Shown one piece after another: positions 58,494 through 64,000 of a stretch of 64,000 nucleotides of DNA. The translations under genes were made by a program, and so were the position numbers. Position 1 is the stretch's first letter; each line of letters opens with the position of its first letter. The notes below the pieces were generated by a model, which saw nothing but the letters and a program-made list of their open reading frames with translations, was not told the DNA's origin and did no database searches. Source of the stretch: Candidatus Latescibacterota bacterium (lineage in GTDB: Bacteria; Latescibacterota; UBA2968; GCA-2709665); assembly GCA_965237675.1 (NCBI GenBank), contig OZ250150.1, positions 1,568,001 through 1,632,000 of the forward strand. Reading direction: 5' to 3'.

Positions 58494-59270
58494 ATGTTTA
58501 CGGTTCGGACGACGCTGACGGTCTGCTTTGCGCTGTGTACGATGGCAATTGGAGGGCGCGCGAGCGCGAACAAGATGTCAACAGGCGATTCGAAGACCGA
58601 CGGTCTGATGGTCGCCATTCAGGAAAAGCTGAAGACGATCAAGACCTGTGAAACACGAGTCAGAACCCTGTTGACGCTGGAGGGCGAGCAATTTGAGATT
58701 ATGGACGATATCACCATACAGGTGCCGGTCAAGATGCATGTATCCCGTGTGCTTGCAGGCCGGATCCATCAGACGATTGTGTCGGATGGCAGTCTGTTGT
58801 GGCGTTACGACCCCGAGGAGAAGATCGTCGCACGAATCAACAAGGCAAGGGTCTATCGTGCAACGCAGGTGGAGGCGGACGCAGACCAGCCGAATCCCAC
58901 CCGGCCCTTCCGCGCACTCGAATGGAAGTCGATCCGCTATTCGGAGACGGACACGTTGAAGGGCGAGATACTGCGAGTGTTCGAAGCGGTGCCGCAGGTT
59001 TCGCTGCTCTACGCCGACCTTTCGGAACCGCCCGCCAGGGTTCGTTTCTCCATCCACCCGGAGGACGGCCTGTTGCGGGAGGTGAGGTACTTTAACGCAG
59101 AGGGCAGGGAACTGCTTTCACGGCAATTTGAAACCCTGAAAACAAACGTAAAGGTCGACGATGAGTTGTTCGAGTTCGTCGTACCGGCCCGGGTCCATGT
59201 GATGGATATCACCGACGACATCATCGAACTGATCAAGACGACGAAGTCGAATATAGGGGACGGTAAATGA
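58494..59270 (+). CDS. LolA-like lipoprotein carrier fold protein
   Basis: Signal peptide; IVSDGSLLWRYDP; VDDELFEFVVP. Confidence 0.7.
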   Translation: MFTVRTTLTVCFALCTMAIGGRASANKMSTGDSKTDGLMVAIQEKLKTIKTCETRVRTLLTLEGEQFEIMDDITIQVPVKMHVSRVLAGRIHQTIVSDGSLLWRYDPEEKIVARINKARVYRATQVEADADQPNPTRPFRALEWKSIRYSETDTLKGEILRVFEAVPQVSLLYADLSEPPARVRFSIHPEDGLLREVRYFNAEGRELLSRQFETLKTNVKVDDELFEFVVPARVHVMDITDDIIELIKTTKSNIGDGK

Positions 59271-59291
59271 GGTACGTACCGGCGCCGTTCC

Positions 59292-60611
59292 CTACAGGGC
59301 CAGGCCGAATTTTCCCGCCATCAGGGCGGCCAGCCCCAGAAAACTGATGAACCCGATAACGTCGGTTACGGTGGTCAGGAAAATTGACGCCGACTGCGCC
59401 GGATCTTTGCCCAAAACCGTGAGAACAATAGGAATGAGCGCACCTGACAGACTGGCCATGGACATGGAGAACACCATCGAAACGCCCAGCACAACGGGAA
59501 GCCCGATGTTTCCGGACCAGAGGTAGGCCGCCAGGGACGCGACCAGCGCCACGACCACCCCATTGACAAAACCAGCCAACAGTTCCTTGCGGGCAACCCG
59601 GAACCAGCGCCGCGGCCTGAACTCGCGCAGCGCCAGGCCGCGAGACGCCACGGCCAGCGCCTGGGCGCCGGTGTTGCCCGCCTGTCCGGCCACCACGGGC
59701 AGAAACACGGCCAGGGCGGTGAACCTGGCGATGGTATCCTCGAACAGGGCGACCGCCGCGGCTGCCAGAAAGGCCGTACCCAGATTGACCTGCAGCCAGG
59801 GCAACCGCTTGCGCACGGCCAATAGCGGACCTGAAAGAGCGTGTTCCTCCCGCCCAGCGCCGACCATCGTCAGGAGATTCTCACTGGCCTCATGCCTGGC
59901 GGCAACCACCAGGGCATCGTGGCGGATGATTCCACATAACCGACCCTCGAAACCGCTGATTACGGGCAGCGAAGCCAATTTATGCGCCTCAAGAAGCTCT
60001 ACCACTTCCTCTCTCGATGACATGGCCTGCACGGACACGGGAGGCCCGTCCGCCAGTTGTCCAAGGCGGTCTCCGGGCTGGGCCACGGCGACTTCCTGAA
60101 GCGTAAGTACCGCGGTCAGCTTCCCGTCGGCGTCGACAACGCACAGATCGTGGATACGTCGCTCAGGAACGGCGCGGATCCGGGTGAGGGCCTCATGGGC
60201 GGTCTCGTCGTCGCTGAACACGGTCACCGAGCTATCCATGATCTGGCCGGCCGAACCCCGCGGATAGCTCATCAGTTCTTCCATTTCGGAGGCCAGTTCG
60301 GGAGGCAGCGAGGCCAGGCGCACGGAACGGCTCTCCGGCGACAGCCGGGCCAGGAGAGAGGCCGCGACGCCTTCGTCCATAGCCCCCCAGAGCCGACGGA
60401 ACAGGGCCTCGTCCATGTTCTCCACGAGCATGACGGCCCGATCCGGATCCAGGCGTTTCAGAACCTGCGCGGCCCGGTCGCCTGCCTGGGCCTTTAACAG
60501 TTCAAGAGCCTCGGTTACGGGTGTCGTGGCCAGCGCACGGGCGGCCTCATCCGGATGGAGCCGAAAAAAGGCCGTTATAAGGGCCTGCGAGGCCTTCGTG
60601 TTTTCAGTCAT
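59292..60611 (-). CDS. mgtE: Magnesium transporter MgtE
   Basis: SAGQIM CBS pair, RLPWL, PVVAGQAGNTGAQ, DPAQSASIFLTTVTDVIG. Confidence 0.9.
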   Translation of the reverse strand: MTENTKASQALITAFFRLHPDEAARALATTPVTEALELLKAQAGDRAAQVLKRLDPDRAVMLVENMDEALFRRLWGAMDEGVAASLLARLSPESRSVRLASLPPELASEMEELMSYPRGSAGQIMDSSVTVFSDDETAHEALTRIRAVPERRIHDLCVVDADGKLTAVLTLQEVAVAQPGDRLGQLADGPPVSVQAMSSREEVVELLEAHKLASLPVISGFEGRLCGIIRHDALVVAARHEASENLLTMVGAGREEHALSGPLLAVRKRLPWLQVNLGTAFLAAAAVALFEDTIARFTALAVFLPVVAGQAGNTGAQALAVASRGLALREFRPRRWFRVARKELLAGFVNGVVVALVASLAAYLWSGNIGLPVVLGVSMVFSMSMASLSGALIPIVLTVLGKDPAQSASIFLTTVTDVIGFISFLGLAALMAGKFGLAL

Positions 60612-60633
60612 ACTGGACTCCTTACCGGATGGG

Positions 60634-60844
60634 ACCTACCCCCTACCCCCCTTCCTGAGAGGAAGGGGGAACTGCGATCGGTTGACGAACGGCCAGATTG
60701 GCTGAGGACATCTCGAATGATGAAAAAACCCAGGCGAAATATTGTGATGGGTCAGCTCAATCAGAGCACATATAAAACAACGTTGATTCAACGCCTGGTT
60801 CAACTCCCCCTTTCCTTGCAGGAGAGGGGGCCGGGGGGAGAGGT
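60634..60844 (+). mobile_element. Internally deleted DUF559 element inside the mgtE operon
   Basis: Left end, MMKKPRRNIVMGQ remnant joined to TCAATCAGAGCACATATAAAACA (gene 3' end), right-end hairpin. Confidence 0.8.
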
Positions 60845-61022
60845 CCTCCCTTATGATCAATCCCTTCACTTTTTACCGAAAAGACTTGCGAATAGGATCC
60901 TGTGATGAATTTCTTGATCCCCCACGGTAGTTTCCTCCAGGTTCATTGTTATACGGTTATTTGCGTAACCATTATACAGTGACTCTGAGTAACGAAACGA
61001 CCTTTTTTGCGAATTATTCAGG

Positions 61023-61865
61023 CTAACGATCGGAATGATCGGCGATCGGTTGTCCGAAATCCTCCGCTCCAAGGGCGCTTTTCGCGAGGGCCGACAGCCC
61101 GATGCGATATAGTTCTCCCAGCGCCGTACCGGCCTGACCGGGTTGCTGGAGGCGGTCCGTGCCCCTCGCCAGTTGGCGGAGGGTCTTGTGGCGCAGGACG
61201 CCGGCGAACAGATCCTGCTCGTCGAGTACGGGCAGAGTATGGAAATCCAGCCATGCCGGATGAACCAGCACCGAAGCCAGCGAATCGTCCGTTCGCAGAA
61301 ACCTTACGTCCCGGCGCATAAGCGAGGCCGCGGATGTCCGTTCATCGGCAGCCAGCAGTAACCTGAGATTGAGAACGCCTGCCAGTCTCCGATCCCGTTC
61401 CACAACATACACGTAGTACAGGGCATCGTCGGGATTGGCGTGCAATCTGGCCAGCGCCTCCCCGGCGGATATTTCGGGCGGGACGGTGAAGACCCGCGCA
61501 TCCATAAGCGCCCCGGCGGTCTTCTCACGGTAGCGCAACATTCGATCCAGATGCCTGGTGACGTCGGCGGGTAACTTCTCAAGGATCGCCGCTCTTGTTT
61601 CCGGCTTCAGCCGGCGAACGAGGTGGGCGGCGCGGTCCGTCGGCAACCCCCCCAGGGCGCCTGCGGCTCCCGTCGCCGACATACGCTCCAGACAGGCCAC
61701 GGCAGTGCTCGCTTCCATCGTGTTGAAAAGGGCGGTAGCCAGTTCGGGCGGGGTTTGGGAGAAGAAGGGCACCAATTCGTCCAGTGAACAGTTTTCCAAA
61801 ATGCGGGCAGCTTCCGCGGCGTGGGCGCGGATAAAGTGATAAATAAGATTCGATGCCCTGTCCAT
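61023..61865 (-). CDS. MgtE intracellular-domain/CBS protein without TM region
   Basis: TAGALM, YYVYVV, LPVLD. Confidence 0.8.
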   Translation of the reverse strand: MDRASNLIYHFIRAHAAEAARILENCSLDELVPFFSQTPPELATALFNTMEASTAVACLERMSATGAAGALGGLPTDRAAHLVRRLKPETRAAILEKLPADVTRHLDRMLRYREKTAGALMDARVFTVPPEISAGEALARLHANPDDALYYVYVVERDRRLAGVLNLRLLLAADERTSAASLMRRDVRFLRTDDSLASVLVHPAWLDFHTLPVLDEQDLFAGVLRHKTLRQLARGTDRLQQPGQAGTALGELYRIGLSALAKSALGAEDFGQPIADHSDR

Positions 61866-61869
61866 AGTT

Positions 61870-62682
61870 TCAATTCCTCTCTACGAGCAGAATCGACGCC
61901 TGTTCGGCAAAGACCGACGCGGGCACCGAGATTCGCCCCTCCGCGGCATCCAGCACCACTGCGGTAGCGGTGAACTGGACGATCTCTCCCTGGTAGTTCC
62001 CAACGCGGACACGGTGACCCACCCTGTAGGTTTTTTGCAGGTAGTACGAGGCCAGTATATTGGCCACGGTGGTACGGGCCCCGAGAGCAAAGGTCAGGGC
62101 GCTGCCAAGAAGGCCAATGCCCAGGACGAGAAGCAGAACGCTGGTCAGCAGGTCGACGTTCAGACCCGCCTGGTCCACGGCGATCAGTGAGCTTGCGACC
62201 ACGACCGACATCTGACCCAGGCGCGCCAGGGCGGTTGCGTAGGCGATGCCCGTGGACGTGATAACGTCCCTGAGAAAATGGCCGCCGACCAGGCCGGCGA
62301 ACAGGATCAGGACTGCCGCAAGGAACCGGGGAAGATAGACGACTATGCCGTTGAGCCATACTGAAACCACTGGCAGCCCCAGTATTTCGGTAGCCACGGT
62401 GAGAAAAAAGAGCAGAACCAGCCAGAAGAGCACACGACCGACGGCCCAGCCGGCCGCGGTCCGGAATTCCGGACCGCGGCCTCTGTGCAGCCTGAGGCGC
62501 GGAACCAAACGGTCCAGCCCGGCGATCAGCCTGCGGCTCAGGGCGCGGACCAGATAAGCCAGCGCCAGACCCAGCAACGCCAGGGCGAGGGCGCCGACAA
62601 GCCGGGGCGCGGCATCGACGAGTTGGTGGCCGATATGCTGGGCCTGCGCCTTAAGTTGGGCTATTACTTCCTGGTAGGACAA
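61870..62682 (-). CDS. MscS-family mechanosensitive channel with TM-helix repeats
   Basis: YLPRFLAAVLIL, ALGARTTVANILA, YRVGHRVRV. Confidence 0.8.
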   Translation of the reverse strand: MSYQEVIAQLKAQAQHIGHQLVDAAPRLVGALALALLGLALAYLVRALSRRLIAGLDRLVPRLRLHRGRGPEFRTAAGWAVGRVLFWLVLLFFLTVATEILGLPVVSVWLNGIVVYLPRFLAAVLILFAGLVGGHFLRDVITSTGIAYATALARLGQMSVVVASSLIAVDQAGLNVDLLTSVLLLVLGIGLLGSALTFALGARTTVANILASYYLQKTYRVGHRVRVGNYQGEIVQFTATAVVLDAAEGRISVPASVFAEQASILLVERN

Positions 62683-62724
62683 TTCCTTGGACCTTTCTCG
62701 TTTGAGACTGCTGTAGAGGCTGAT

Positions 62725-63885
62725 TTATGTAGTTCCGTCTCTCTCCCTCGCGCGGACCCTTTGTTCCTGCCAGGGTTTCCTCTCTCCGTAAAACGCCTTG
62801 AGGGGGCGCCATGGGCCGGTCGTGCCGAGATGCCTTCCGTAGACGGCGATCCCGGTCAGCCCGCATGCCGTTCGAAGGCGACCGGGCAGGACCGCCTCGC
62901 GTACGAATCCGGCCTCCTCCAGCCGTCTCCCGGCCTCCGTATCGCCGTCCGCGGCGTATGTCTGCAGCACCGAAATACCGATCCGGTGAGCGCGCACGGC
63001 GACGGCGTCGAGCAGCGCGACGGTCTGATCTTCGTATTCCGGGGCGACGCGGACGCTCATCTGTGCGACGTGCTGCTGTTGAAACGTGGGCAGGCGTTCG
63101 ACGATGGCACAGCCGACCACGCGTTGCCTCCCGTTCTCCAGCACCATGAAGACGCCGCCGTCCTCCTCGACGCGACGCATCAGCTTCACGTAGTGGCCCT
63201 CGAAGCGGGTGTCGCGGAAACAGTGGCTCAGGTACTCCTTGATCTCCCAGGCCGGCTGCGGGTGGCAGAACAGGACGGTGGCGCCCGGCAGGTCTCCCCA
63301 GTGCGCCTCACGCGCAACCGCCTCGCCCGCGCGTGACAGATACCTGGCATCGAAGTCGCCGGCCGTGTCCGACAGGTAACGCATGCCGTCACCCACGAAG
63401 TAGTCGAACCCGCAGTTTTCGTACAACTGCCCGGCCGCGGGATTCGTGGTACACAGATAAAGGGCCAGTCCGCCGTTTGCTTCGAAGCGTGCGATCAGTT
63501 GCCTCAGCAGCGCCGTCCCCACGCCCTTGCGCCGGTATTCGCTCGCGGTGCTGACGAACTCCACGAGTCCCACCTCGGGATTCCGCACGGATGTGAGGCA
63601 GGTCATGTACCCGGCAACTTCCCCGCCTATCTCGCCGATGTAGTAGGGACAACGCAGCCAGGGCGCGAGCGCGCCCGAGAGAAGATCCTCTTGCACCGCT
63701 TCCCACCAGCATCCCACACTGCCGGCGTAGCGCCCGAGAGGCGGTTCGACCTCGTTGATAACGAGCGGTTCGCCCGTTTTGAGTTTCACTGTCGTGCAGT
63801 TCGTCATGTTCGCCGCGACCGTCCTGTATCGGGTGTGATATGTATCCGCCCCGCTATTCGGATGCGTTGGCTGGTCCGGCCTCAT
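62725..63885 (-). CDS. Tandem GNAT N-acetyltransferase
   Basis: YRRKGVGTALL, LYENCGF, second GNAT-like half. True start may be downstream. Confidence 0.78.
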   Translation of the reverse strand: MRPDQPTHPNSGADTYHTRYRTVAANMTNCTTVKLKTGEPLVINEVEPPLGRYAGSVGCWWEAVQEDLLSGALAPWLRCPYYIGEIGGEVAGYMTCLTSVRNPEVGLVEFVSTASEYRRKGVGTALLRQLIARFEANGGLALYLCTTNPAAGQLYENCGFDYFVGDGMRYLSDTAGDFDARYLSRAGEAVAREAHWGDLPGATVLFCHPQPAWEIKEYLSHCFRDTRFEGHYVKLMRRVEEDGGVFMVLENGRQRVVGCAIVERLPTFQQQHVAQMSVRVAPEYEDQTVALLDAVAVRAHRIGISVLQTYAADGDTEAGRRLEEAGFVREAVLPGRLRTACGLTGIAVYGRHLGTTGPWRPLKAFYGERKPWQEQRVRARERDGTT

Positions 63886-64000
63886 TCACGCCGCGAGGCT
63901 GGGGATCCCGCTCCGGGTGTCCGCGACCACGAGGTCGACCACCCTTCGAAGGGCTTCCCGTTCCGAATCGCCTTCCAGCACCCTCACACGGCTGTCGGCG

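Overview
GC-rich bacterial window. The UBact modifier and the secreted dockerin/cohesin/FlgD-Ig proteins suggest an FCB-group candidate phylum such as Latescibacterota/Handelsmanbacteria (inference only). Coding content: two secreted surface proteins behind a consensus sigma70 promoter; MsrP; a dockerin-bearing metallopeptidase; a complete UBact-proteasome locus (arc, dop, ubact, prcB, prcA, pafA); an AAA-DUF4143 gene coupled to a 1365-aa NACHT-like NTPase with a C-terminal PD-(D/E)xK-like domain; a frameshifted msrAB; a beta-oxidation operon; and transport/housekeeping genes. The intergenic DNA is crowded with nested repeat families. (1) A DUF559 nuclease gene with hairpin-ended, internally deleted derivatives, a 5x71-bp end array and a filled/empty site pair. 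(2) A GxxExxY nuclease gene inside ~80-bp direct repeats whose AATC-periodic motif recurs at gene boundaries and in tandem arrays. (3) A ~190-300-bp structured element with a conserved scaffold and two fixed-length (21-22 and 33 nt) hypervariable segments around an invariant TGCCCT. (4) GTAG-type REPs and RAYT remnants. No CRISPR array, rRNA or tRNA was recognised. All calls are by eye from sequence motifs; no searches were run.
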